Shown: positions 40,493 through 62,700 of the stretch, one piece after another
How positions within the stretch are numbered: the stretch's first letter is position 1
Layout: each line of letters starts with the position of its first letter
Assembly: GCA_951406725.2 (NCBI GenBank)
Contig: OX597829.1
Coordinates: 11,470,001 to 11,534,000 of the forward strand
Length of the DNA stretch: 64,000 bases
Direction of reading: 5' to 3'
From: Octopus vulgaris
Lineage: Eukaryota
The notes under the pieces: model-generated
The model's database searches: none
Seen by the model: the letters and a program-made list of their open reading frames with translations, nothing else
What the model was told of the DNA's origin: nothing
Position numbers and translations under genes: made by a program

Positions 40493-41061
40493 TCTATGTT
40501 CGATGTATTTTTCAAGGGTTGAGTGATAGTACAGAGGTCTCATCGTTAGTAGTGCTGATAAAAATAGTACTCATGATTGCTATTGTTGCTGCTGTTCTTC
40601 TTTTGCTCCCAGTTCGATACTTTTTCAAACCTGTCTTTGGAACCAATTTATTTAAGGGGTCTTATTTCCAGCGACCTTAAGAAAAACTTGAAGAGCCAGT
40701 AACCATTAAGAGACATTAAAACCCTTTAGAATGCTTTTAATGATTCATCTGAACGGAAAGAAAAGGACATCATGGTATTATAGTTATATTTAGGCGAAAG
40801 CATATTTACAACGTCAAGAAAATTAACTAGTTATGAAAAATGCGATGAGTAACAGACAATGCTTCTGCTCATTCGTTCTCGATGTGTGTTATTTAACTAA
40901 ACTGAGACGACATGAGGAACGTAAATAAATTTACATTATATCTTTAATAAAGATAATTTTAGTTTTGTTGTGCTTGCATTTTTATTAAACATAAGCATAT
41001 ACACACAGAGATAGGCAAACAGACACACACACACACACAATAATGTGCGTGTGTGTATGTA

Positions 41062-41145
<84 letters not shown>

Positions 41146-41328
41146 TCACAAAAGTGATGGAAGATGCTGGCCAGCACCCTCCATCACTTTTTTGACGTCT
41201 ATTAATTTTGCCTTTTGGTTCTAATTGCTAATAAACCACCCTTTTTATTAGTTATACACACACACACACATCCATATAGTTAATATATGTATATTAACTA
41301 TACAGGTGTGTATCAACTATATGGATAC

Positions 41329-41394
<66 letters not shown>

Positions 41395-41574
41395 GTTATC
41401 GCCATACTAATATGGCATTCTTATAAAAATAAGAATAAAGCTGTCCGCTTATTAGCTCCATGAGACCATCGCCTTAAGTTAGCTATTTGATACACAAACT
41501 GTATCCATATAACCTTCGAACAAGGGAGGTCAGTCGCTCCACACTACTTGACCGGCAGCTACTGGTCTGGCTAC

Positions 41575-41616
41575 GCTGCATTGAAAAGGGGCAATACCCC
41601 GAAACGCGTCTGTAGC
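41575..41616 (+). ncRNA. Type I hammerhead ribozyme, U3:A8 variant
   Basis: GCTGCA-TTGAAAA-GGGG(caata)CCCC-GAA-ACGCGT-C-TGTAGC; GUC site after 41610. Confidence 0.8.
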
Positions 41617-41937
41617 TGCCGGTCAAGTAGTGTGGAGCGACTGACCTCCCTTGTTCGAAGGTTATATGGATACAGTTTGTGTATCAAATAGCTAACTTAA
41701 GGCGATGGCCTCATGGAGCTAATAAGCGGACAGCTTTATTCTTATTTTTATAAGAATGCCATATTAGTATGGCGATAACTATTATTTTCCGGAAACGCTG
41801 CCGTTGTTCTCTTTTAGAGAGACTTAGTAATTTTAATATTTCTATTATTGAAAACAAGTGGATGTATTCCACCGAAGCTAAGTAAATAAAACCTTCGAAC
41901 AGAGATTGTCAGAAGCGACACCTACTGGTCTGGCTAC

Positions 41938-41979
41938 GCTGCATTGAAAAGGGGCAATACCCCGAAACGCGTCTGTAGC
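41938..41979 (+). ncRNA. Identical tandem copy of the U3:A8 hammerhead
   Basis: Same sequence as 41575-41616. Confidence 0.8.
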
Positions 41980-42203
41980 TGCCGGTCAAGTAGTGTGGAG
42001 CGATTGACCTCCCTTGTTCGAAGGTTATATGGATACAGTTTGTGTATCAAATAGCTAACTTAAGGCGATGGCCTCATGGAGCTAATAAGCGGACAGCTTT
42101 ATTCTTATTTTTATAAGAATGCCATATTAGTATGGCGATAACTATTATTTTCCGGAAACGCTGCCGTTGTTCTCTTTTAGAGAGACTTAGTAATTTTAAT
42201 ATT

Positions 42204-42248
<45 letters not shown>

Positions 42249-42249
42249 T

Positions 42250-42788
42250 TTTTATTTATCTAGTTTCATCTCACTGGCTGTAGCCATGCTGGGGCACCGC
42301 CATTTGGTGTTGCTACATGATTTTACTTCACGGATACTTTTTAGCAATTGCCATTTGGTGCATGAGAGAGTTCGATGCAGCTGCCCTCATCTGCACCTCC
42401 TGCCGTGAAGTTGGTTCATCTGGGATACTTGACAAGAAGAGATCCAGTTTCATTTTAAAGACATCTGCATCCACCCCATGCAGGTCTCTTAGGTTCTTCG
42501 GGAGAATATTGAAGAGGTGTGGGCCTCGGAAGCCCAGGCTATCACAGTATCTTGTCCTACATCTTGATGGCAAATTTGGAGTCCTTGGCACTATGCAGTG
42601 GCGCCCAGTTCTGGCATTTGTGTAAATCTCGATGCCAAAGTTTGGGACAAGTCCTTCTAGGATCTTCCAGATGTATATTATAGCATATCTTTCTCGCCTA
42701 CTCTCTAAGGAATAGAGTCTCAATCTCTTGAGTCTTTCCCAATAGCTTATATGCTGCACATAGGCTATCTTCTTCGTGTAGCTTCGTT
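42250..42788 (-). mobile_element. CR1-group LINE 3' fragment
   Basis: ORF 42328..42759: SYWERLKRLRLYSLESRRERYAIIYIWKIL...FNILPKNLR...FKMKLDLFL, the typical post-RT tail of CR1/L2-group elements. Confidence 0.85.
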
Positions 42789-42795
42789 ATATATG

Positions 42796-42891
<96 letters not shown>

Positions 42892-43504
42892 TTATATATA
42901 TACATATATGTATAAATGCTCTGTGTGTGTGTGTGTGTGTGTATGTGTTTGTGTAATTTAGAAACGATTTCCAAACAAACTGAAACTACATGTTGGGACA
43001 ATTAAGAACACCTCAAATTCTTGATATTCTCTGATAAAACGCTGTACGAATAAGTCTGTTTCACTTCCAGTAAGCTTTTTAAAACACCATACACAAATAC
43101 AGAATACAAATACTCAAAACTAATCTATCAACAACAAGATCAAGTCTATAGCACCAAGATTAAAATTAAATAAGAAAGTAGGTTGGATAACTGAATGTAA
43201 ATACTACATAACTCCAAAAATTTCATAAACAAAATTTCACTATAAACCCTCAAGTGCTAAATCAATAATCCTCTCAAAATTTAATTTGGGAGTGTCTTTT
43301 GCTATATTCTATATGGTCTTTTCTAATAAGATTTAGGGAAACTACTAGCTTGCGACTTTTTGATAATAAAAATTCTGAAAATGTCATTGTAATGGTGGCA
43401 ATGCTATTTGGTTATGTTGGAAACCCAACTCAACATTACTAATATTTACCCATCCATTTTTAAAACTCTATTCTTATACTTAAAAGTTACCTTAGATATA
43501 AGGG

Positions 43505-44182
43505 TGGGTACTCCGTCGATTACAATGACCAGTGTTCTAGCTGATACGTTCATCGGAACAGCCTGCTCATGAAATTAACGTGCATGTGGCTGAGCACGCC
43601 ACAGACACGTGTAACCCTAAAGTAGTTCTCGTGGAAATTCCGCGTGACACACCGAATGTAAGAAGGATGGCCTTTTTGTACATCTCATTTTTGCCACCAC
43701 CGCTGGGAACCGAGCACACGAGCTTAAGATCGTGAGCCGAATACAGTAATCATTAAGCCATAGACCTTCACCTTAGATTTAAACACAGATAGAAAGCTAA
43801 AGTGAAAATCCCGAGTACAATTACGCATTCTCATCACGCATAAACTTATAATCTTCAAAAACTTAATCAACAAAATAATTCCTTACATTAAAGGAGCATT
43901 CCATCGGTTACGTTGACGAGAGTCCCAGCTGATTCACTCAACGGAACAGCCTGCTTGTAAAATTAACGTGAAAGTGGCTGAGTACTCCACAGACATATGT
44001 ACCCTTAACGTAGTTCTCAGGGAGATTCAGCGTGAATTACTAACAAAACTCGTTTTTGCCAGCTGAGTGGGCTGGAGCAACGTGAAAGTAAAGTGTCTTG
44101 CTCAAGGACACAACGCGTCACGGGGAATTGAACTCACGACCTTACGATCGTGAGCCAAACATCCCAACCACTAAGCCATGTG
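43505..44182 (-). mobile_element. Two related SINE copies (43505-43762 and 43900-44182)
   Basis: Minus strand TGGCTTAGTGG...GAGTTCAATTCC...CCTTGAGCAAGACACTT; shared GGAACAGCCTGCT..AAATTAACGTG body. Confidence 0.75.
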
Positions 44183-44672
44183 AATTTCTTACATAATCTC
44201 AGATAAAACCACATTTGAATAGCAAATTACGACAATCAATCGTTAGAAAACAGAGACTTTCTGGGATAAATCAGTTTTATATCTATGAAAAGAAAACAGC
44301 ATTGGATGAAGAAAGTGAACGATAAACGAAATGCAACCAGGACCAGAATGTAGTTTGTTTCAACTTTTTCCCCATTCAATCTCATGAAATTAAGAGAGAG
44401 TTGCACAATCAATAAACGTCTATATTTTAGTATTTACTGTTAAATTACATATTTTAACTCACAATCCTTTTTTTTTTGTAACCAACAAGGAAAAACTGTT
44501 AAAGCAGCGGATATTTAAATTTCAAAACTAAAATTTGTAAATGACTTTACGAGAACAGATTTTATTTAATTAATATAGTATACGTACAAATACATACGAC
44601 TAATCTGTCAAACACAAGAACGAGTTTATAGCACCAGACTAAAAGTAAATAAAAAAAACAATGATAAGATGA

Positions 44673-45090
44673 AGGCGGCGAGCTGGCAGAAACGTTAGCA
44701 CGCCGGGCGAAATGCGTAGGCGTATTTCATCTGTCGTTACGTTCTGAGTTCAAATTCCGCCGAGGTCGACTTTGCTTTTCATCCTTTCGAGGTCGATTAA
44801 ATAAGTACCAGTTGCGCACAGGAGTCGATATAATCGACTTAATCCGTTTGTCTGTCCTTGTTCGTCCCCTCTGTGTTTAGCCCCTTGTGGGTAGTAAAGA
44901 AATAGGTATTTCATCTGCCATTACGTTCTGAGTTCAAATTCTGCCAAGGTCGACTTTGCCTTTCATCCTTTCGGGGTCGATTAAATAAGTACCAGTTACG
45001 CACTGGGGTCGATATAATCGACTTAATCCCTTTGTCTGTCCTTGTTTGTCCCCTCTATGTTTAGCCCCTTATGGGCAGTAAAGAAATAAA
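44673..45090 (+). mobile_element. tRNA-derived SINE with duplicated 3' part
   Basis: GGCGGCGAGCTGGCAGAA...GAGTTCAAATTCC; 44722-44903 repeats at 44906-45087. Confidence 0.85.
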
Positions 45091-45430
45091 AAACTGTGAT
45101 GCTTAACTAAACGTCAACCCTACATAACTCTAAAAAATCACAAGAAAATTTCACTATCGGCCCTCAAGGTCTGCCAAATTTGAACTTGGGTGTGTCGGTT
45201 GATAGATATTATACGATATCTCAAACAAAATTATATGTTGCTGATATTGTAAGAGATATATAGTACACGAACGAGTACTATGTATAGCACTCAAGCTAAT
45301 TTAAGTGCAAATAACAATTACGTTAGCGTATTCTACTCACCACGTCCGTTGGCGTAGCTATTAGGTAGCCTTGAAGCTCAACTGACATACATGCATACAT
45401 ACATACATACACACACACATATATGCGTGT

Positions 45431-45476
<46 letters not shown>

Positions 45477-45498
45477 ATATATATACACGCGTATACAT

Positions 45499-45545
<47 letters not shown>

Positions 45546-45798
45546 GTTTACCCTAACTAAATGTAAAACAATTCAAGGCAAATATATTAAAAATATTTAT
45601 TTGCCCTGAGTTGTTTTTTTGTTAATTTCGTTGGACGTTATATTAAATAATATTGCTCTGAGCAATTCGTTTGTCGAGCTCTTTGATACAGTAAAAGAGA
45701 ATCGATCCTCGTCGTTAGACAGGTAGAGAGGTAGGCAGACAGACATATAGACAGACAGACAGACAGACAGACAGGCAGACAGGCAGGCAGACAGACAT

Positions 45799-45863
<65 letters not shown>

Positions 45864-45906
45864 CAGACGGACAGACTGATAGACAGATAGACAGATAGAC
45901 AGATAC

Positions 45907-45939
<33 letters not shown>

Positions 45940-45944
45940 GAGAG

Positions 45945-46005
<61 letters not shown>

Positions 46006-46006
<1 letters not shown>

Positions 46007-46158
46007 CTTTTTATTGTAGCCACACAGGGCTAAACACAGAAGAAAAATGGACGAAATACAATGTAGAATTTTTTCTTATCGAGGTGGGATGGGTGGGGCA
46101 CAAAAAAAAACCGTTTGATCAATAGGGATCTGTGGGTTGTGTGGAGTATAAAAAAGCA

Positions 46159-46189
<31 letters not shown>

Positions 46190-49100
46190 TCACAGTTTAG
46201 GTGTAGCCTTGGAAAGAAAAACCTACAAAAAAGACCAAGGTCACATCAGACAGTTCGAAAAGGAACACATGAGTAAGTCGCCTTACTTCTCGTTGTCTCT
46301 TCTGGTTACAGATTTATGCTTAAAATAGTGTCGTCTTTCATACTGACCATTTTTGCCACTTTTACCCACTTTTTATTAAAACATTCGTTCGACAAAGCCT
46401 TCCTCTCTATTCTCATCCTCCTTTTCAAGTGGTACTTGAAAAAGTTGACGAGAGACTGACCAGAGAGGAAGGTGTTTGTTTGCAATCTTTTCAAACGCGT
46501 CCACCACACACATTCTTTCGCCATAGCCATCAGCGTAACGAAAACAGTTTTTCCTTCCCGTTTAAAGGAAGGTGGTGGAACAATATTCACGATAGACTCG
46601 GCCGATAAGCGGGCCCGACCTACACGTGACAACAGCTGTTCGACGAAGGTCCACAGCTCTGAAATATCTGGACACTGCACGAGTGCGTGCAGAACGGTTT
46701 CGTCGCTCTGACCGAATCTCGGGCAAGTCGGTCCGGTGATGGTTTTCGAACCGTGTCTGTAGCTCTTCTCTCGAACAGGTAGTGCGTCTCGATAGCACTG
46801 CCAAGCCAGGGATTTCTGGAAGTTATCCATAGGCCCCGGCCCGAACGTCGTCCTGAACAGGCGGGTTAGGAATTTCTCGTCGACGCCCAGGTTTACCCCG
46901 AGTGTGTCGTCGACCTCCCCTCCACTAATCCTCTATAGAACGCTTTAGTCGTTTGTAAGTTGCACAAGTTTGACCCCGGTCGGCAGAGCTGCTGTAGAGC
47001 TTGGCGACACTCCCGGTGCCAATCGCCCAGTTTCGGTCTTTTCTTGATCCACGTGTGCAGTTCGGTCAGTGAGACGAGCTGCGGGAAGGCGCGCTTCACA
47101 AACGGAACCCACACCTGTTCACCGTCGTCGATGAAGTTCCAGAGATGCCGCAGTCTCAGCGCATGCCTGCGCATCATCAACCAACGCCTTGCCCAGTCCT
47201 CCACAGGAAGCGGAAGAGTATGCGTTCCAGTTTGGTGATGGTGGCGTCGGGACAAGGTACGACGGTCAGGCGGTAATCGATGACGGATGCGATTTACGCG
47301 TTCGCCACCTCCGCCCGACCTTTTAGAGACAGCTTTCTCTCGGCCCATGTTTGGCTGAGAGCAACCACTCTACTCGTGATCTCGTCCCAGTTCTTATCCA
47401 TTTGGAGGTCCGGACTGAACCAGACCCCGAGCAATTTAACCGGTCCGTCCGTCCAGCGTCCCACTACTGAGCCGCAGTCGGACGGCATGGGCTTGCTTCT
47501 CCAGGTGCCGAGTAGCAAACCCACTGACTTTTCCGGGTTAATCTTCGCTCCCGTCACCGTTTCGTAGTTTCTTAGTGTCTCGCCTATCATCTGGATGTGT
47601 TTGTCGTTCGACACTATGACGGTGACATCGTCCGCATATGCCGACATGCTCGTTCCGCAACCCAGTTCCCGTGGGATGCCCCTCAGTGTCGCCAGCTTCC
47701 GCAGTAGCGGCTCGCGAGTCAATACATACAGAAGCGCCGACAGGGGACACCCCTGACGGACCGAACGCGTGATGTCAAACGGTTTCGACAGGTGACCGTT
47801 CACCCGAATCACCGATCGGATGCCGCTATACAAGGCAGCGATCCAACCGCGGAAGACGGGACCGAAGCCAGCCGCCCTGAGAACGACCGCCAAGTACCGA
47901 TGGTCGACCCTAGCGAAGGCTTAGACTGATCCAAATTAATCAGCATCCCACCCATGCCAGGATCCTTAACTACCCTGTCCACAATGTAGCGCATCAGATG
48001 GAGGTTGTCATGTATGGTTCTGCCCGGCACGGTGCAAGTTTGCGCCCTATCGACCAGTTTACCAATGACAAGCGCCAACCTCTCGGCTATTACTTTGGCC
48101 AAAATTTTCAAATCTGCGTTGAGCAGAGTGATGGGCCTGAAATTATCTATAAAATTCCCCTTGTTTAGGTTTTTCTTCAGCAACGTTACTGCACCTCGGC
48201 TCACGAAACCGTGGATTCTCTGGTTTTGTTGCCAGTTGAAGTAGACTGATGCCAAGAGGTCGCCAAACAAGTCTGGCATTTGACCATACAGCTCGTAGGG
48301 TAAACCATCCAATCCAGGCGACTTATACCTTGCGCAGCCCGCCATCGCATCCCGCACGTCAGCGGCTGTGATGGGACTTTCACAACACACCGCTTCTCTT
48401 GCCGAGAGCCGCGGCAGGTCGGTCAGGTAGGCACTGAAATCCATCCCGCGTTTTGACCCACCACTCGCACCAAACAGTCGAGCAAAGTGCTGTTGAAAGG
48501 CCTCACACATCCTTTCGGATTCGAGTAAGCTGCATCCCTGTTGATCTTTTAGAGACTGAATGGTGGCTCTGTTGCCACGCTGCGCCTCCGCTACCCTGGC
48601 CTCTCGCGCAGCTTCGATCCCTTCGTTCCTTAAGGCATGCATTTTAGCTCTGACGACGCAACCTTCGTGCTTGGCGTTGAGGTGTTGGTCGAGGGCCATC
48701 CTCGCAGCCAGCACGTTGGTTCCGCTGCCAGTGGTAAGTGCCTCTTCTAGTTTCTTAACTAGGTCTCCCTCTACTCTGATTCGATCTATCGCTAATTCCT
48801 TGCTGAACCTAATTGATTCCGATTTTATTGCCATTTTCAGGGCGAACCACCAGCGGTTGTTAACGACGGCTCCCGTCAGCGCCCTCTTAATTAACTCGCT
48901 AATCCGGTTCCTGTAAACCTGTAGCGCTAACAGCGACGTGTTCAGTTTCAGTAACCGGGACCCTGCCTATATGTTTTATCTAAGTCGAGCGTACACGTAA
49001 CAAATTTGTGATCTGTGTAGCTGACTATTTTAAATTGTGGACATCCTACACTATCCCTATCCGCTGTCCTGCATAGAATTCTATCTAGATAAGATCTCGA

Positions 49101-51790
49101 CGATCCGACGCGGTTTGTCCAAGTCCACGTTGGCACGTTCGGATGGTCGAGTCGGAACCTGTCAGACAAATGGAAACGTCTGAGTAGGTCTTTGAGGACA
49201 TTACACCCCCTTCTATTCCTATCCATTCCCACATAATCTAGGTGCGTGTCCAAGGTAGCGTTCCAATCCCCTACTAGCAGTAAAGGTCTAGACGTACCCA
49301 GGAAAACCTCTAGACGTCTGAAGGAATCCGCCCGACCCGTTAAGGACGGTGCATAAACTACCATCAGACGGAATGCACACCCATTTCTGCCATCCACGTC
49401 CAAGACAACCAGCCTACCCTCCGGGTCTAGGAATATTGCTCTTACTTTTACATTTAGACTCTTTCGAAAAAGCACCGCGGTACCTCCACCACCCATGTTC
49501 GGCAGACAGGGAGAAAAATAAATGTCAAATTGATCGCCAAACATGGACGCGAGGGCCCGCGGTTTGCTGAGTCTGGTTTCACTGATAGCTACTATATCCA
49601 CGTTCAGTGACTTGATGTCGTTTAGAAGGTAATCTTGCTTCCAAGCCGACGCCAAGCCACGCGCATTCACACAACCTAATTTAAGCATAACTGACGTTTA
49701 CGAAAATTGTGTTTCACACACTACATTGGAAGAGACAAGAGGCAAGAGGGAAGGTCACTTACTCATTTCGAAAGTTTCAGTTTTTTCTTCTTCTTTTGTA
49801 GTGTCTTTGAGGAGGTGTTTGTATAGTTTTTTGGAGAGGTATCGTTGAAACCCGCCTACCGCATTTGGAAATATTGTTTTCAGTGTATGGTGTTGGGTTT
49901 GTGTTATGTGTACAATTCTTATGTGTTTCGGTGGTGTGGTGCACGGATGATTGTTTGTCTTAAAGTCATCTTCACAGATGTCGGTGTTGGATGCAATGTA
50001 ATCCATTAATTTTTTATTGTCTCTGTCTATTGCAGTTAGTTGTGTGTGTAGTTTTGCGGGTTCATTGATTTTTATTGTCTAGGGGGATGCTGTCCGGAGT
50101 TAAATATCTCCCTGCTTTACTTCCTTGTTTGGTGGGCTTTTTTTATCTTTTCCTTTTACCCCCTGTGGCTATTTGCCATTCCGTCGAACTTTCGTCGTCC
50201 GACGTATCAGAAGGGGGTAAAGGCAAAGCATTTGCGTTAATATGTATGCTTGTAGAAATTGTCGATGTTTTGTGCGGTGTTTGTGTTGTTGTGGTGTTAG
50301 GGGTAGAATTTGTCTTCTCGTCACTGTTTTCTGCCTTTTTAATTGTCGTCCTCGGTGTTGGTGTTGGTCTATCTTTTGTTAATTCAACAGGTTTAATTGG
50401 TTGTGAAGTCAACGGTGATTGTGTTGGTACTGTTTTTCTTGGTGATGTTGTTGGGGTTTGTTTGCTGGTTTGTTGTTTTTCTTGGCATTGTTCCATAATT
50501 GAGAGTGTTGGTGTTGGTGTTGGCAACAAGGGTTTTTTATTTGTTTTCTGATTTGTTCTTTCTTGTTTTTTCTGTACCAGATCGCACTTGGCAATCAAAT
50601 GTTCGGGGCTGCCACACTTGTAGCATCTAGGTTTTTTGCCTTCTGCCATAACATATAGGCACTGCCCATTCTCCAAGTATATCTTGTCGGGTAGGCTCTC
50701 GATAGAGGCCCCCTCAAACTGGATGGTCACTACTATTGTTTTTCCACCCCAATTGTCGTTTAGGTACACGGCGGTTTCTAAAATATTTATCTTTTTCAAA
50801 TGGTAACAGATTGCCCCTGTTATCCATTTGTTCGGGATCTCGGGGGGTACATTTTTAATAGTAATTCTACTAACTCTCTGGCCCTTGTAATAAGGTACCA
50901 TTTTGATATCATCATTTTCCAAAGACTCAGTAGAGTGAGCTTTTGCCACTTCCTGGTCAGGGAAGCGGACCACTACTGTGTTAAACTGGGGACCCCAGTT
51001 TATATATTCTTTTTTTTCATTATGTTTTTTAAACATTTTTCAATATCCGTTTTTGTAATCTGTTCATTTTGTTTTTTGTTTTTTCTTATAATTTTATACA
51101 TAATTGTCTTATTTTCTATTTGTTCCTTTATGTGTTGAGGTATATGCAGCACTAAATGTTGCCCACGGGTTGTAAAGAGAGATCTCGTTTCTATCAATTC
51201 TTCATTTGTAAATTTTACAATTTCTTTTTTCTGACGCAGAGTGTCAGCGAAATTTACTGGTGTTGTTGATTATTTTATATTAACATCTTCACTATTAGAT
51301 AGTTCATTTTTATTGTTGTTCTTGTTGTTGTTGTTTTTCTTAATAGTATTCGCGTGATTTTCATTTTTATCATTTATGTTGGTCGTGGTAGCAGTAGTAG
51401 TCTCGTTGTTGTTGTTGTTAGTGGTGGTGGTGACAGGGCTGTTACCGCAAGTGGTTGCAGCGTTCACTACCACGTCATTCAGGTTTGCACTTTGCGTGCA
51501 TGAGTTCTTTTTTTCTCCTAGCGTTTCCAGACTAGGAAAATGCTGGTCCATAAAGGAACGCGACCAGCGTTCTACAATAAAATTTCTCGACATTTTTTAA
51601 TGTCGAGAAGAAAATTACACAAATTAAATAGGGTTGAAACTGCCCCTAGGGGTAAATTCCTCCCTTGGAAAAACACTCAAACGAAAGTTGGGTGGCTTTA
51701 ACACCTTATTTACAAAAATGTACACAAAATATGGGCTATAAATAGTCAAAATAAACGATTACCTTCGGAGCCGAGGTTGACAACACCTCG
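46006..51790 (-). mobile_element. L1/Tx1-like LINE copy 2, apparently full length (about 5.8 kb), ORFs disrupted
   Basis: ORF1 pieces 51270..51593, 50143..51036 (CYKCGSPEHLIAKC zinc knuckle) and 49755..50006; ORF2 APE 48948..49688; RT 47809..48834 and 47294..47893 (YADD); C-terminus 46306..46830; (GATA)n on both flanks. Confidence 0.94.
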
Positions 51791-59788
<7,998 letters not shown>

Positions 59789-62700
59789 GTCTACAGAATT
59801 GGCAACTAAAACCTTCACCGGTAATAGCCGGCTGTAGTTGTAACTGGGCTTCATGTACCTTTGCATGTCGTTTAAGTCCTCCTGCCGAATTACACTCTCT
59901 TCCACATGCCCGACAGATATGATTAGTATGGTGTGTTACACCACCACCACCAGTGGCCAGGTTGTCACTCATCTTTCTCGCTTTATGACTACGTAGGTAT
60001 CTCTTGAGTCCAGCTTTACTGAGGCAGGTCTTACACAGACACTGCATGTCAGCATCATAAGAAGACCCTTCCCATCTGGAAGTGTAACAGTGATGCCCTT
60101 CCTGACATCTCTCCTTACTTTCTCATGTTGCAACTCGAGATTTCTCAAAAGTGGCAGTCCCCTCGTGCACAATCCTTCTCCACCTGTTACGATCAATGGC
60201 TATGCCTTCCCAAAGGAAGCCTTCGGCAAGTCCTTATACCTCTTTTTTTGGTTTATGCGGAGGTTGTTCTTCTTTAGCTAACTCTCCATAAAAGAGTTGT
60301 TTTGGCATCCTTGAATCCTTCATTCTGACCAGATGACCACTCCATCTGAGCCTTTGCTTTAACACAAGAGCTTCTATACTTTCACACCGAGAGCCTGTCA
60401 ATATTTCAAGATCACTGATGCGGTCTTTCCACTTAATGCAATATATTCGTCTGAGGCACATCTGATGAAAACGTTCTAGTTGTTTAAGGTGGTATCGATA
60501 TGTGACCCACGTCTCGCAGGCATAGAGAAGAGAAGGGAGCACAAATGCCTTGTACACCTTTATCTTTGTCTTTCTGCATATGTCTCGCCGACTCCAGAGG
60601 CGCTTTTCTAGCCTTCCGAAAGCATCACTTGCTTTCCTAATTCTATATGGAACTTCATCATCCACATTGCCATATCTATTAATAGTGCTTCCCAGGTAGA
60701 CAAACTGATCAACTACATCAAGTCGTTTACCATACACATAGATATTTGGTACACTATACTGCTTACCAGGGGCAGGTTGATGCATGACAACAGTTTTCTT
60801 AAGATTGACTGTCAAGTGTAAGCATCAGAGAATGCATTCAAGATGTGCTGCATATCAATTTCTGTATGTGCTACTAGCTCACAATCATCTGCATACCAAA
60901 GGTCTCTTATGATAGAGGTAAATACCTTTGTTTTTGCAGCAAAGTGCCTGATATTAAATATGCTGCCAGAGGTTCGATAATGGATGTAAACACCGTAACA
61001 GCAGTTTCTGAATGCAATACAGAACACCATCGCAAAATATATGGAAATTAGGGACGATGCCAGAATAACCCCCTGTTTCGCTCCATTTTGTATTGAAATG
61101 GGCTCCGACATTTTCCCTCTAGCATTCATCCTACCATTCATGTCTTCATGAAAAGACCTAACCAAACAAGGAACTTTTCAGGACACCCAAGTTTCTGGAT
61201 GACTTTTCACAATGCTTTTCTATTGACGGTATCGAAGGCTTTTGTCAGATCGACAAAAACCTGATACAAATCCAGACCATGTTCCACACACTTTTCCTGA
61301 AGCTGTCTAGCTGAAAAGATCATATCAGCAGTGTCACACCCCACACGAAAGCCAGATTGACTTTCTGAAAGAACACAATCTGCAATGTATTTCAGCAGAC
61401 GATCCAGAAGTACTTTGCATAAAACCTTTCCTACGACAGACAGCAATGATACTCCCCTATAATTACCATAATCATTCCTGTTGCCCTTTCCCTTATACAG
61501 GACCACCATTACTGTATCTCTCCAGTCCTCAGGTACAGATTCACTAGTCCATATCTTACCAAACAAAGAGTGAAGTTTCTGCATAAGTTTCTCACCACCA
61601 TGCTGTAACAACTCCGCATGTATGCCATCCATACTCGAAGACTTCCCATTATTCAACCTTGAGACAGCCAGCAACTTCTTCCAACTTTGGTGGTTCTGCG
61701 AGTGCTGCCTTCACAGGTAATCCAGGGATGAGATTGAGAACATCCTCCCTAACTACAGACTGCTGATTCAAAAGTTCATCAAAGTGTTCTTGCCACCTTC
61801 TCAGAATTCCTTGTGAATCACGAAGAAGTTCTTTACCATCTCTGCTTCGAAGTGGTGTCATCAGGGAAGACGTCGGTCCATAATCTTCTCACAAGAGACC
61901 ATATAACAGCTTTGGAATCTGATGCCGCCTGTATCTCATCAGCCTTCTTACTCCACCACGTATCCCTCATCTGAGAAAGCTTTTGCCTCACACGTGATTT
62001 TACATCCTATGCAACATTTCCCTTTCCTGTGGATTTGCTGACAAATAGCGTGACAAAGTACGTCTTTTATCAGCCAATAAATCATCTATATGTTCATCAT
62101 TTTCTTTAAACCAATCTTGATGCTTTCTTTGTATCAATCCCAGAACTTTCTTGCCTATATCATAAACTAACTTTTTAAGGATCGGCCAATCCTCCCCAAT
62201 ATCTGCAGCATTCATTTCCTCTCGTAAAGTTCTCTTCACACTATTACACCTAAGACGATCAACATTCAGTCTTTTAGGCAGGGTGATCCCTGCAGTTCGG
62301 ATTTTATGTTTTGTGACTAATTTCACTTTTGCACGTACTAGGCGGTGGTCAGTCCAACACTCAGCTCCACGAAGAACACGAACACACTGCACATCCTGTC
62401 TGTCACGCACCCTAACAAGGATGTAATCCAGAATATGCCATTCTTTAGATGCTGTGTGCATCCATGTAGTCTTAAACTTATTCTTTTGTTGAAACATGGT
62501 ATTCGTAAACACACAGACGCAGCTCCTCACACATCTGCAGCAAAAGCATGCCATTACTATTACACTTCCCCACCCCATGCTTTCCAATTACAGTCCATGT
62601 GTTAAAATCCCTACCCACTCAAGCATTAAAGTCACCCAGTACGATGACTTTGTCTGCCCGAGGGATATTTCTTATAATGCTCTTCAAAGCATGGTAGAAA

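Larger units (their letters stand above)
41391..42210 (+). mobile_element. Penelope-type pseudo-LTR array: one inverted partial copy plus two direct copies 363 bp apart
   Basis: 41391-41562 is the reverse complement of 41612-41783; 41559-41847 repeats at 41922-42210; (TA)n on both ends; similar to 7272-7420, next to the Naiad-like ORF. Confidence 0.88.
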
